Assembly (NCBI GenBank): GCA_964016885.1
Contig: OZ024741.1
Coordinates: 390,414,001-390,478,000, forward strand
Length of the DNA: 64,000 bases
DNA from: Eledone cirrhosa
Taxonomy: Eukaryota
Direction: 5' to 3'
Shown here one piece after another: positions 42,954 to 57,590 of the stretch; positions within the stretch are counted from its first letter, which is position 1; each line of letters starts with the position of its first letter. The notes under the pieces are model-generated. The model saw only the letters and a list, made by a program, of their open reading frames with translations. It had not been told where the DNA came from and ran no database searches. The position numbers were made by a program, and so were the translations under genes.

Positions 42954-43308
42954 CATACATACATATATATATATATATACATACATACATATATATATAC
43001 ATACATACATATATATATACATACATATATACATACATATATATATATATATATACATACATACATATATATATACATACATATATACATACATATATAT
43101 ATATATATATACATACATATATATATATATATATACATACATATATATATATATATATACATACATATATATATATATATATACATACATATATATATAT
43201 ACACACATATATATATACATACATATATATATATATACATACATATATATATACATACATATATATATATATATACATATATATATACATACATATATAT
43301 ATATACAC

Positions 43309-43347
<39 letters not shown>

Positions 43348-44196
43348 CATATATATATACATACATACATATATATATACATACATACATACATATATAC
43401 ATACATATATATATACATATATATATACATACATATATATATACATACATATATATATACATACATACATACATATATATATATACATACATACATATAT
43501 ACATACATATATATATATACATACATATATATATATACATACATATATATATATACATACATATATATATATATACACACATATATATATATACATATAT
43601 ATATATACATATATATATATACATATATATATACACATATATATATATATATACATATATACATATATATACATATATACATACATATATGCATATATAT
43701 ACATACATATATGCATATATATATTCATACATATATGCATATATATATATACATATATATACATATATACATACTTACATACACATATATAGATATACAT
43801 ATATATACATACATACACATATATACATATATATATACATACACATATATACATATACATATATATACATACATACACATATATACATATATATATACAT
43901 ACACATATATACATATATATACATATATATATATATACATACATACATACACATATATACATACATACACATATATACATATATATATACATACATACAT
44001 ATATATATACATATACATACATACATACACATATATACATATATATACATATATATATACATATACATACATACATATATACATATATATATACATATAC
44101 ATACATACATATATATACATATATACACATATATATATATACATATATATACATATATACACATATATATACATATATACACATATATATACACAC

Positions 44197-44237
<41 letters not shown>

Positions 44238-44238
44238 C

Positions 44239-44305
<67 letters not shown>

Positions 44306-44352
44306 TATACACACATATATATATATACATATATATATACATATATATACAC

Positions 44353-44409
<57 letters not shown>

Positions 44410-44786
44410 CATATATATACACATATATATACATATATATACACACATATATATATATATACATATATATATACATATATATATATATACATATATATAT
44501 ATACATATATATATATATACATATAGATATATACATATACATATAGATATATACATATACATATATATATATACATATATATATATACATATATACATAT
44601 ACATATATACATATATACATATACATATATATATATACATATATACATATATATATATATACATATATATATATACATATATACATATATACATATACAT
44701 ATATACATATATACATATACATATATACATATATACATATATACATATATACATATATATATACATATATACATATATATACATAC

Positions 44787-44821
<35 letters not shown>

Positions 44822-44836
44822 CATATAAATATATAC

Positions 44837-44905
<69 letters not shown>

Positions 44906-45030
44906 CATATATATACATATATATATATATATATACATATATATACATATATATATACATATATATATATATATACATATATATACATATATATATACAT
45001 ATATATATATACATATATATATATACATAC

Positions 45031-45063
<33 letters not shown>

Positions 45064-45078
45064 CATATAAATATATAC

Positions 45079-45129
<51 letters not shown>

Positions 45130-45132
45130 CAT

Positions 45133-45166
<34 letters not shown>

Positions 45167-45213
45167 ATATACATATATATATACATATATATATATATAT
45201 ACATATATATACA

Positions 45214-45263
<50 letters not shown>

Positions 45264-45416
45264 CATATATACATATACATATATATATATACATATATAC
45301 ATATACATATACATATATATATATATACATATATATATATACATATACATATATATATATACATATACATATATATATATACATATATATATATACATAT
45401 ATATATATACATATAC

Positions 45417-45463
<47 letters not shown>

Positions 45464-45476
45464 TACACACACATAT

Positions 45477-45535
<59 letters not shown>

Positions 45536-45658
45536 CACACACATATATATACACACACACATATATATATACACATATACATATATATATACACACACAT
45601 ATATATATATACACACATATATATACACACACACATATATATATACACACATATATAG

Positions 45659-45701
<43 letters not shown>

Positions 45702-45704
45702 TTT

Positions 45705-46250
45705 TTATATTTGGGGAGGGTCATATTGTTATAATATTGCCAGAAATAATAACAGAACACACTCACTGTTTGGTTTGGGTTGGTTTTCGCTTCTGTATTT
45801 TTTTTATATCTCCACGGTTAATTTATTTAGTAATCAATGTTTATAATTGCCCAACAGTTAAAAATACAGATATAAATATATATATATATAGTCTATCAAA
45901 GTTCTTTTATCACACATCTGTGACATCATCAGTGGTACCATTATATTTCCTCCCATTGTATTGTAATGCCTACGCCATTTTTATTTTATTTATTTATTCT
46001 TGTCTCTGTTTGCGCATGCGTTTGCAAGTGTGTTTACTGTATGGTGTGTGTGTGTGTGTGTTTATGTTTGAGTGTATGGTTTAACTATGGAGATATAAAA
46101 GATACAGAAGCGAAAACAAACCCAAACCAAACAGTGAGTGTGTTCTGTTATTATTTCTGGCAATATTATAACAATATGAACCTCCCCAAATATAACAATA
46201 TTTGTTTCAACACACAATTTCATATCAAAAACCTTGCAAAACAAATATAT
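45705..46250. mobile_element. Fold-back repeat with about 115-bp inverted arms
   Basis: 45705-45821 is the reverse complement of 46081-46195; a third arm copy lies at about 21634-21791. Confidence 0.75.
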
Positions 46251-46264
46251 TTATATATATATAT

Positions 46265-46301
<37 letters not shown>

Positions 46302-47406
46302 CACAGATACACACATGCAAACATAGCTCTATGGAAGAGTTAAGATATGGTTCTTGTCATATGCTCAAACACACAAACTATTTGTTTTTGTTGTGTTTTT
46401 AATAAATACATTTTTTACTGGTGAGAAAATGTTACAGAGAAAACCATACAGGTGGATGTGATCTACAATAAAAAGAAGCTGTAAAGTTTTAGTGGATGGG
46501 AACTATGTTTAGTACATGTGGGAGGAAATATGATTCTATTCTAATAAATAGCAGTATAGGAAAAAATTCTGGTCAAATCTGGAAAGTAATCCAGTTGACA
46601 TATATTATCAGTGAAAAGATCCCTGCTTTGCAGCCTACAAGTTCTGCATATACATTTATTTATCAAGGCAGCATGAAGTAGTCCTGGTTCAAGCACATCA
46701 CTAGGAATTGACCAAGAAAGACTGGCAGTAGTCCAGATGTTTTTATGACAACCAACCAGTCCAATTGTAGCAATTCAAGATAATGTTATCACACATGTTA
46801 ACATGCAGAAATTTTCTATTTTATTATTATTATAAGACATGAGAACTATGATGCAACACAGCAGTTCCCAAACATTCTTTTTTTTTTACTCATGGCACAG
46901 TTTAGAACAAGTAAAAATAATTTGGCACACTTTGTACCTGAATTCAAAAAATATATCCCCAAAAAGTATTTATACATATTAGTACAGCATAGAGTAGATA
47001 TATAGATAAATAAAAAATACAGAAAAATTATCTGTACTTCCTTATTTAGTCTATAAATCTAAAAAGTCTAAAGTCAGTCTCAAGCTAGAGGCTCGTCAGG
47101 TCGGTGTTTATCTTGGTTTCTGTGGCATTAAGCAATTGAGAGTACAAGACTCCCCACTGGACAGGATGCTATTGCAGGTACTGATTTTCAGCTGAGTATA
47201 CTAAGGCATCGTGAAAGGAAGTGTTTTGCTCAAGAATATAACACACAACCCAGTCCAGGAATCGAACCTACATAAACATAAGTCCAATACCCTCACCACT
47301 AGGATACATGCCTCCATAAATGGAGCAAAGTTATCAATAAGAAACATGCAGTTGGTGTTTCTTGACAATGTTTTCATTGTTAGTTTAGTTGTTTCCCACA
47401 GTTATA

Positions 47407-48311
47407 TGAGGTGGTATCAAAAGTTTCCAAGTTAGTTCTGTAGTGCACCAAAAGATGTCAACGCACAGTTGCACGTGCAATGAAAGCTAGCAGTGACCTT
47501 CATGCACTAGTGTGCCAAGTGATATCACTGTGTTCACTTCGCAAGTTGTGAAATTTGTGTTTTGTGATCATGTGTATGCTGTAGCCTGCAATTTTGTCAT
47601 GAACAGGAAGTTGGATCAAAGAGCCAACATGTAATTTTGTGTTTAACTTGGGAAGTCTGCTACAGAGAGTTGGGTCTATGGGTATGGCTATGACCCTTAG
47701 ACAAAGCAGCAGTCAAAACAGTGGAAAAGCCCTTCATCTCCACAACCGAAAAAGGCATGACAGAGCCGCAGCTCAATCAAGAACATGCTCATTATTTTTT
47801 CATCGTCTGCAGTATCGAGAATTCATCCCCCCAGAGCCAGACCAACAATCAAGAGATCTACTGCAACATTTCGAGGTGCTTGAGGGAGGACGTTCAGTGA
47901 ATACGACCGGATCAGTGGAGCATGAAGAATTGGATTCTTCATGATGACAATGCACCCTGTCACGAAGCTCTCCTCACTTCCGAGTTTCTTGTCAAAAACA
48001 ACACTGTATTGCTTCTGCATCCACCATGTTCATCAGATTTAGCACATGTGGACTTCAATGTCTTCTCCAAGCTGAAAATGCAGCTCAAAGGTCGCTGTTT
48101 TAACACTGTTGCTGAGATCCAGAGTTAATCTCAGAAGGTCCGACTCACTTACGGAAAACAACTTCCAGGATGGATTCTAAGAGTGGCAGGAATGCTGGGA
48201 CCAGTGTATTGCTGCACAAGGTGACTTTTCAAAGGAGATCATGTTAAAACTTATGTAAATATTTTTTTTTTTTAAACATAACTAATCCAGGAAGCTTTTG
48301 ATACCACCTTG
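47407..48311 (+). mobile_element. Internally deleted mariner transposon
   Basis: TIRs gaggtggtatcaaaagtttcc / ggaagcttttgataccaccttg with TA flanks; WILHDDNAPCH...HPPCSSDLAHVDF and GYDP*TKQQS motifs. Confidence 0.9.
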
Positions 48312-48689
48312 TATATGAACTGCAATTTTTATTTTTCACACTCTTGCAGGATGCACCTATTTACATCTTGTGGCACACCAGTGTACCATGGCAACCTCAT
48401 GTTCTGATACAGTTTGAAAATCCTTAATTTAATAGAAGTAGGATCACACACACACACACACAATTTAGTATTAAGTAGTCAATCAGTAATCAACATTTGA
48501 AAAGGGTTTCTTGTCTAGTTGAATCAACAAGAGACATTTCAGGCTTAAGTCTCTCTCCAAATTTAAATGGGACACTATCTAATTAGATGAACTGGGAAGA
48601 AAGTGAGGATGTTATGAGCTCAATATTGTCTTGAAAGGGCATCAATTAAATGATCCAGTGTTAATAAGATCATCACTGTGCAAATGAAT

Positions 48690-51175
48690 AATAAAATAAT
48701 AATAATAATTCCTGTATTGGCCACAAGGGCCTACATATAAGGGCCAATACAAAAAGACAGGGACAGTGGGGGGTTTACAGAAAAAATGAGTAAAAATTTA
48801 AGTACAGCAATAACAATAAACAATAAGAAACAGAATTCCCCAGTAGGGAGAAGAACCACCCAGGGGCGATTGAAGTACCCCACCAATCCTGAACCCCCTG
48901 ACGCTTCGAAAGCACCTGGGAAGGTTACCCTTCTCAAATCAACCAGCCTGCAGGCGCATGCTCCGAGTAGGCCCATTCACACAGGCTGTTCTCGCCACAT
49001 TCACCCCCATTTTAGCAAACAGTTGGGGGGGGGGCAACACTTCTCTCTCCATCATCACCTTCCTTTCCAAGTGAAACTTGAAAGAATTGATGAGAGAATG
49101 GCTGAAGAGACAGGAAAATTGCCTGCCCTTCCTGGCTAAAAGAAGGTTCACTATAGACTCTGTCGATAGCCAGATTTGTATACATGCAATAACAGCTGTT
49201 CAACATAACTCCATAAGTCAGTAATGCACAGACAATGGACGAGTACGTGCAGAACGGTTTCATCGCTCTGTGCTATCCCAGGCAGGTCTGTCTGACAGCA
49301 CTTTCGTGCCTGTAGAGTTTATCTCGAAATAGCAGTGCCCCAGGTAGCTCTGCAAAGTGAGGAATTTCTGGAAGTTATCCATTGTCCCCAGCTTGAAAGT
49401 CCTTCAGAACAGACTGATCAGTTTGATTTCGTCAATGCCCAGAGCCTCTCCACAAGTGCCATTGCACTTGCCTACCACTAATCCTCTATAGAACTCAAGA
49501 GTGGAATTTCCACTGACCACATTGCCCATCTGGTGGAGGGCAGTGAATGCCAAGCACCCAGTCTTGGGCTGAACCCAGGACTGCAGTTCAGTCAAAGATA
49601 CAAGGAAGATCTGGATATGTCATAGCCTCAGCGCATGTCTGCATCATCAACCACGGCATACCCAGCCATCCATGCAGCGGGTGTTGACAGCAGATGAACT
49701 GTCTGACCATCCTTCCACAAAAAGCGAAAGAACAAATGCTCCAGTTCAGTCAGGTGAGGCTTAGGACAAGGCACAATAGTCAGGTGGTAGTAGATGATGG
49801 ACACAAAGTACGCATTCGCCACCTCTGCACAACATTTCAGGGATAGCTTCCTCTCGGCCCATTTCTGGGTTAGAGAGGTCACCCTGTTCATCACCTCATC
49901 CCAGTTTTTGTCTGTCTGGAGGTCCGGAACAAACCAGACTCCAAGCAATTGAACCTGTCTGTCCGTTCAGTGGCAGACACTGTCGGATGATATGAACCTG
50001 CCTCTCCTGTAACCACCTCGTATTCTTTTAGAATAGTGCCTATTGCCTCAATGTGTTTGGTGCTCGACACCACTATGGTGATGTCATTGGCATATGCTGA
50101 CATGATTCTCCTGCATGTGGAATGCCTCTCAATGTCTCCAGTTTGTGCAGTAATGGCTCTAGAGTCAATACATACAACAGGGATGAGAGGGGGCAACTTT
50201 GGTGGACCAAGCACATGATGTTGAACGGTTCCGAATGGTGACTGTTCACTTTCACTACAGAGTAGATGTTGCTGTGCATGACAGCAACCCACCCTCTGAA
50301 AACGGGTCCAAAGGAGGCCACCAGGTATTGATGCTTAACCCTATTGGATGCTTTCGATTGATCTAAATTGATCAGGGCCCCACCCGTGCCAGGTTGCTTA
50401 ACTACCCTCTCCATGATATATCACATGTTGTGGATGGATCTCTTAGGAATGGCACATGTCTGCACTTCTCCCACCAGACACTTGACAACAAGTGCCAACC
50501 TCGTGGCTAATACCTTGGCCAAAATTTTGAACTCTGCAATCAACAGAGTTATGGGCCTGAAAATTTCTACGTTATCCCACTTGTTTGGATCCATTCTCAG
50601 CAGTGCCACCAATCCTTAGCTCACAAATCTGGGTTTTCTCCCATTTTGTCAAGAGGTCACCAAACAAGTCTGGCATGTGTATGTAAAGCTTGTAGGGCAG
50701 ACCATCCAAACCAGACAATTTACCCCTCATGCAGCCAGTCATTGTCTCCCGTATCTCAGCATCAGTTATCAGCCATCCACAGTACTCTGCCTCCGTCATC
50801 AAGAGCCACAGCATGCCGTCGAAGTAGGAACCAAAGTCCATTCTGTGATCTGGCCCGCCACTGCTCCTGAACAGTTGAGCAAAGTGCTGCTGAAAGGTTG
50901 CCTACATCTGCTCGGGATCGACTAATATGTGCCCATCGTGGTCCTCCAAAGGCTGGCTCATGGCTTTGTTGCTGCAAAATGCCTCTGCCACTCAGGCCCA
51001 TTATGTCTGAGAACATGCACCCTAGCTCTGACAGTGCAGCCTTCATGCTTTGCATTGAAGAAATGGTTGAGGACCAATCTCATCTCAAGTAGGTCGGTTG
51101 CAATGCTTTTACTAAGCGCCCCATCTAATTTTCTAACTAGTTCTTCCTCTACTCTATTTTTTTCTATTGCTATGA
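48690..51175 (-). mobile_element. Degraded Tx1/L1-group LINE, 5'-truncated
   Basis: Fragments GLDGLPYKLY, FRPITLLIAEFKILAKVLATRL, LDQSKA, SAYAND, LGVWF, KLSL; (TTA)n tail. Confidence 0.9.
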
Positions 51176-51224
51176 TTGTAAGTCCAACACATTTACCACA
51201 AGGACATGTGCCTCCATATATAAA

Positions 51225-52080
51225 CATGTGTGTAGTGTGCAAGAGAGAAAACTGCATTGGTTTGGCCATGTGATGCACATGGAAGATAGCAGCTGCATAA
51301 AGAAATAGAGAAACCCCAGTGGCTGGGACCCGGGATAAGGTTGTAAAGAATGACCTTAGAAAGCTAAACCTTACAATAGAAATGATTAAAGACTGCTGGG
51401 GCAGGCGCTACACAGTGTTGATGAAGACCCGACCTGCCTCTTCCACTACCACCAACAGTTATTCACAACTTCAATTCTTCAACCCTCCACACACACATTC
51501 CTGGCAGCTGCAGCCCCCTGCTACCATGATGTGGTTGGTAATAGGAAGGGCTTCCAGCCATGGAGAGCTTGTCAAGCAAAGAGACAAAGAGTTGGGAGGA
51601 CCTGTCAGTCATGTCATGGACATGGCAGCCTCCCTACAGTAGGTGATCTACATGATAAAAGCACACAGTATACACTGTAAAGTGGTTAGTAATAGGAAAG
51701 GCTTTCAGCCATAGAAAGCTTGCCTGACAAAGGGTTGGGAGGACCCTTCATTAGTGTCAAGGACATGACAACTTCCCTAGTGTTGGTGATTTACTCGATA
51801 AATGAACACAGTACAGGCTGTGAAGTGGTTGGTGATAGAAAGAGTATCCAACCACAGAAATCTTGCCAAACAAAGAGTTGGGAGGACTCTCAGTTGTGTC
51901 AAAGGCAAGACAACCTCTCCTGAGCACTCAATGGAACTTGAGACCATACATAAGCGCACAGGTCCCTGGCCTGCCTAGGGAATCAGTATCTCCACTTCAG
52001 TACTGACTTCGTTTATGTGGACCCGTCCTACCCTCGCTTGCAGGGAAAGCAGACGTTAAAATGACAATAATGAGGATGAT
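51225..52080 (+). mobile_element. RTE 3' fragments and 3' UTR stubs
   Basis: VQERKLHWFGHVMHMED; repeated ggaagggc-type units; terminal gcttgcagggaaagcagacgttaaaatga. Confidence 0.75.
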
Positions 52081-53029
52081 ATATATGTGTGTACTCCCCC
52101 CCCACACACACACACATATATAGTGCAACAACTCATGTAATAAAATAATTGCCAATCGGTCTACCAAGTATTCCAAAGGGAGATAACCTCCAGTATACAA
52201 AGGTAAAAAAGTAAAGTGGCTACAAAATGTGATGGCAGAGTGTCAAGAATGTAAACAATTCTAAAAATTACCTCTAAAAAAATAACTTTGTTTTAGAAAG
52301 ATCTGGGGAGGAGGCGAGGGGGCTTCCATCACAGTTTTATGTAAGAACTTATATTAAGTTATATTCCAAACACCAGATTAATAATGAGAGAGTTAGTTAT
52401 ATTATCAAAACCTTCCAAATTCTTGGTTAATTTCAAAATTACTTGAAAATCAGTTGCAGTATCTTTCATTAGAAATATGGAGGCAAAATAGTTAAGAGAA
52501 TGTTTTATTTCAGATTCCTCTTTTTTTATTGCCTTCTTATAATCTATAATCTAATAGAGTAGGTAGAAGAGACCAAAACTTTCTTACCTTCATTATCTAC
52601 AGCCAGACTAATCTATTATCTAATGGTTGTTTCTAGAACAAAGTAAATTTTTTAAAAATAACCATGACTTTATGAAAGAAATGAAATAAATGGACAAAGA
52701 TGTAGTGTAATGTCTAAAAATAGACTTTCCTTGCTGATTCAAATGGACCTCTGTCAGTTTTGACAAGGAATGTTCCAGCTGTTCCATCAACAAAGCAGCC
52801 TGATCACGAAATTAATGTAATTCTCAGGAAGTTTCAAAGTGAAAGTGTGCGACAAGACTGGGCTTTTGAATTACAAGTACAGTAGCCTATCTGACAGGCT
52901 TTCAAACAGTTTCTGTCTTCCCAATTTCACTTAGAAGGCATGAGTCAACCCAAGGCTATTATATATGGCATTTACCCAAAATAACATACAGTGGAATTGA
53001 ACCTGAGACCTATGACTACTCTTCTTTGC

Positions 53030-53400
53030 CCACTTATTCCTGGGAGTGTTGTGTGGGCAGAGTCCTCAAACATTCCTTCAAGCAGCTCCTGTCAGAAGCA
53101 ACTGTCTCCAATTGATCCAGCTGGATCCCCAAGTGAGATCAGCCAATCTCATGGATATTATCCAACCATCTAGTTCAAATTCTACCCCTGGGTCTCCTGC
53201 TGGTTCGTTTAGTCCATAAAATCTGTCCAATGATTTTTTCCTCCTGAGATGTTTTAACCACATGCCCATCATATCGAATAATGTTACTATCAGGAATGCG
53301 TCTGGGGTTCTTCTCTGTACAGGAAGGTGCATCTTCGCAAGGTGAAGAGAATAAAAAGAAATTGCAATCTTTACTGAGCTATTTTTTGTTTTCAATTTGG
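53030..53400 (-). mobile_element. Old RTE-like LINE 3' fragment
   Basis: Frameshifted RPRGRI*TRWLDNI motif. Confidence 0.6.
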
Positions 53401-55092
53401 AAAACCATCATAAAGTTCTGAATTGGTGGTTGAACCTGTCTTGTTATGTTGTGGTGAGTCATGGACACTCACGCACTCAGCGGCTTCAAAATCAGCTAGA
53501 TGGAATGTACTCCCATATTTTTTGAGTGGGTCTTAACATCAATTTGAAGAACCACACCAATGCAGAACCATTGGGGAAATTTTTCAAAGTTCAGGAACCC
53601 CCACCCCACATGCACATTAGTGCTATATAGAAATGAACATAAATAAATGTTAATTAGACAATTCATATAAGAACACTAATAAGGAAAAGATACCTTGATA
53701 GAATTAAACGCCCTTTGCTCACAAATTAATATGAAATTAAAACAATATATTTTCCATTTATATATATACTAGTCATAAAAATATCTACAATTTCTAATTC
53801 TAACTTAAATGCTACATTCTATGTACTGCCAAAATTCTTATCATAACTGGATTTCGTTTTAACAATATATATATATATATATGCTAGCGTGGAAGATGGA
53901 CGTTAAACGAAGATGATGATGATGATGATGATATATATATATATGTATATATATATATATTTATAAAGGATATCGCAGCATTAAACAATTGTTCAATTTC
54001 TAAAATGCCCAAACACATTCCACTTCTAAATCTGGGACAGTTCAGTCACTATTGTGAAGGAATCTGGCTCAGTGGTTAAGGTGTTTGGCTCATGGTCTAA
54101 GTTTTGAGTTCTATTCCTGGATCAGGCAGTGTGTTTTATTCTTGAACAAGACACTTTATTTCATGTTGCTTCAGTCCATTCAGCTGGCAAAAATGAGTTG
54201 TACCTGTGATTCACACACATAATTGTTTCTACTTTTGGCACAAGGCCAGCAATTATCCCAGTGTATTACTGGTACTTTATTTTATCGACCTCCTAAGGAT
54301 GAAAGGCAAAGTTAACCTCGGCGGGTTTTGAACTCAGTCCGTAAAGGGACGTAACTGTGCTGCAAAGAATGGCATCCGACCCTCTACCGATACTGCCAAT
54401 CCACCGAATGTCAAGCAGAATCTCTCTGAGAACTGTATTAAGGGTGCATTTGCCTATGGAACTGTCAGCCATGTTAATATCATAAGCTGATTGAATTAAC
54501 TGGAACACTCATCATTAGAAGCAACAGTGGTCCAACTATACAATACAAACACTATATTTACTTCACTTGACTTAGATGGAACATAAGCACCTACTGTAAG
54601 AGCTGGGATCCGAATACCATAAACTAGAAAGCTAACTCATAAGGCTCCACTGAAACAAACAATCCACCTCTATAGGCTATTAACAATTGTGTTTGATTAT
54701 TCTCATGCCCAAGATAAATCAACCAAGAATACTGTACGTTTTAAGCCAATAAATTGAAAATTATATGAGTAAGATTTATCTCACTAAACTTAAAATATCT
54801 GGTCCAGCTTGTAAAACAGGTAAAACACAACTTGGAAAGATCAATTTCATACAGTTTTCTTTTTCTGTTGCAATCCAAATGGAACGTAGATTAGATACAT
54901 TTTCAAAACAAAGAGAAACATCTAATGAAAGTAAAGGCAGACTAAATACACGTACACACCAATAAAGACTATTTTTTCATATGCCATGCTAGGTCATATT
55001 TAAACAAAAATGCTGAAATACAGATACTTTATATAGTTTAAAAAGTATCTGTATTGCAGCATTTTTGTTTGGAGAGAGAGAGAGAAAGAGAG

Positions 55093-55123
<31 letters not shown>

Positions 55124-55368
55124 AATTGTGGGTGGGTTTCTTCTAATAGAGAGAGGGGAGAGACAGACTTAAAGGCAAACAGGAGAGTCAACTCTAGGGT
55201 AGTTTTTCTAAAGAAGCTTAGTCATTCAGCCAGCTAAAACAAGGGAGATAATTCTAAAAATATGCATGGAACTAGTTTCTTTGTGGTGATGAGAGTGCTC
55301 TCCCCTGTTAATCGATAGGGCTTTTAAGGAACTACAGAAGACGAAGCCAGCAGACAGGCAAGTCTTAC

Positions 55369-55575
55369 CACTGCAGGCGGACTCTTTTTCCATACTCAAA
55401 GCCGCAGCCCACATAGTCGGCAGGCTCTGGCTTAACCTATCTCTACTTCCGCAGTTTATGTATTTTCTCGCCAAACCATGGTGCTGGCAGTGAGGTTTGA
55501 CAGAGTTTCCACAGTGAATCCGATCATTATAGATGGAGAGAATCTTTCCAGGAAGATAGAACTTTCTTTTGGAGT
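55369..55575 (-). CDS. Probable internal coding exon of the host gene: (D)SKRKFYLPGKILSIYNDRIHCGNSVKPHCQHHGLARKYINCGSRDRLSQSLPTMWAAALSMEKESACS
   Basis: Acceptor ctgatttcttttcag, donor G|gtaaga; 207 bp, phase 1-1, fully open. Confidence 0.8.
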
Positions 55576-57249
55576 CTGAAAAGAAATCAGGGAAGTCAAA
55601 ATTTTCCTGAAGATAACAGGTTTAACTTCCACAGAAAATTAGCTAGTCAAATAGTCCAAATTATTTTGCTACACTATACTTACGGGCATGTTTATCAAAG
55701 TATATAACAAAAAGTTATTTTTATTATCTTTATCTATGAAAACTTCATGTCATGGCTGGTAGTAGAGCTCATTATTATATTTATATGTTGAAAATTGAAG
55801 CAAAGTCACATCTCAGAAACTAACTGAAGATAAACTCAATGTGTTTTAAAGAAACAATAATTATTGAAGAAACTAACTGTTTACACTCTACTGGGACAGA
55901 AATGTGTAGATTAGGTTAACTTAATCAACAAATATTTATTCTAAAAGAGAACGTTTCAAAATCTGTTGTCGTGGTAACAGTTATTTAAACCATGAACATG
56001 TTCCATTTTAAATTGAAATTATGAGCATATAATTATAAATTGTTCATAACCACAATAATATGTATATCTACCCTCACAAAATAATAAGCCAACTTTTTAC
56101 AAAAATATTCTACTTTAAAATAAATCTCAACATAATTATATCATAAGAGTAAATCAGTTAAAAAGCAACACTTAAATTTTAAAATATGAACTGGAAATAC
56201 AACCATCTAAAGACAAATATATTTAAATATTATAACTTCACTATACATCAGAAATATGTTCATAAAAGTTAACAACACAGGTTAATATATTAAACAGATG
56301 CAGTCCTGTTGACCAGCAGTTTAGCAAGTTTCACAACAAGCAGTTGAGACAAGCAAACAGAATATGTTGATATCAGAAAGCAAACACCAAATCACAGTAA
56401 CATATACCAATTCTCTATCATTTAAACAATTGACCAAAGTGGGTAAAAGGAACTAAAAATTACAGAAAACTGCCTGACGATTATTAAGCCAGTTCTCATA
56501 TATGTATGTATGTGTGTGTATGTGTGTGTGTATCTGTATAAACAATATGCAACAGCTAATACATATAGTTGCATGAAGAAAAATAATACAGCCAACAAAT
56601 TAATTTAGAAGATAAGATAAGCAGAAACGAAACACTTATGGCGCCATTATCATTTTGGTTTAAATTTATTGAAAACAGTTAATCAATCAGATAAGGTGGG
56701 ATGCTGTAGTCCTGGGTGATTACCAGGTGAATTTTCTTTAGGCAGTTATTCATCAGATTTAAAGAAACACAAATATAACTTATATTTAGAAAAATTATTC
56801 CAACTTTAATCCTACTTATAAACACTTAATCTTTGTTGTTATAAACAATAACTGTATATTTGCTTGTTCCAAGCTGCTACCATTTTTAGTCAATTCTTTG
56901 AGAGAGATGAAACCCTTAAATTATAGCTATCTCACCCTTAATCATTCTAACCCTACTTTAACTATCAACTACAAATCTTTAGATTGATTTCACTTGGGAT
57001 ATAACAAAAAATTATTTCCAAACAAAAGGTGTTTCTTAAATAAGCAAAGAAACATAATAGTGAACATAAACATCTACTTAACTTAAGAAGCATAGGAGAA
57101 ATCTGAAATGTAGTCATCCCAACGCAGATAACTATAATATAGTCATCTGCGTAGGGACAGATACATTTCAAATAATCTTGTTCTCTCTCTCTCTCTTTTA
57201 TTCCATATACATGAACATATATGTCCAACATCTATCACTGAGATTATTT

Positions 57250-57590
57250 ATTCTTCTTGTTCTTCCTGAGTCATCCGATGCCTTGAGACAGTGGTGAGGC
57301 ATTGACAAAGTTTGAGCGCTAGACTCCTTGGTCAACCATTGCAGCATGCAGATCCATTCCTTTGAGGCCAGTGTTTTTCTTGATGATAGAGGCTAGCCAA
57401 TTGTTCTCTTTGCATCTGGAGTCCAAATGAGCAATGTTCCAGCGGGTTCATCATGGCGAGTGACATGGCAAGCAAGGACCAGATGATGATGCTTCACAAC
57501 ATGAGATGCGAGGCAGGGATCTATACAGAGACTTGTTTGTTGGATGACATCTCCAGGAGATGTCGAGCATAACATTCTAGTGTAAACCAA
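57250..57590 (-). mobile_element. RTE-like LINE 3' fragment
   Basis: LACHVTRHDEPAGTLLIWTPDAKRTIG; AAG-rich tail. Confidence 0.65.

Larger units (their letters stand above)
34085..45700. repeat. Giant compound (TA)n/(TACA)n microsatellite, about 11.6 kb, with five embedded element islands
   Basis: Seen directly; islands at 34337-34380, 35075-35123, 38534-38872, 38949-39112 and 40606-41054. Confidence 0.98.

Noticed and set aside
33974-45766. Very long ORFs (up to 1512 aa) rich in Y, I, H, C, M, V and T
   Set aside because: Translations of the TA/TACA microsatellite, which lacks stop codons in several frames
55369-55575. Naming the host gene (FYLPGKIL resembles a class-3 lipase C-terminal motif)
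   Set aside because: Match too short and no catalytic domain in the window; needs BLASTP
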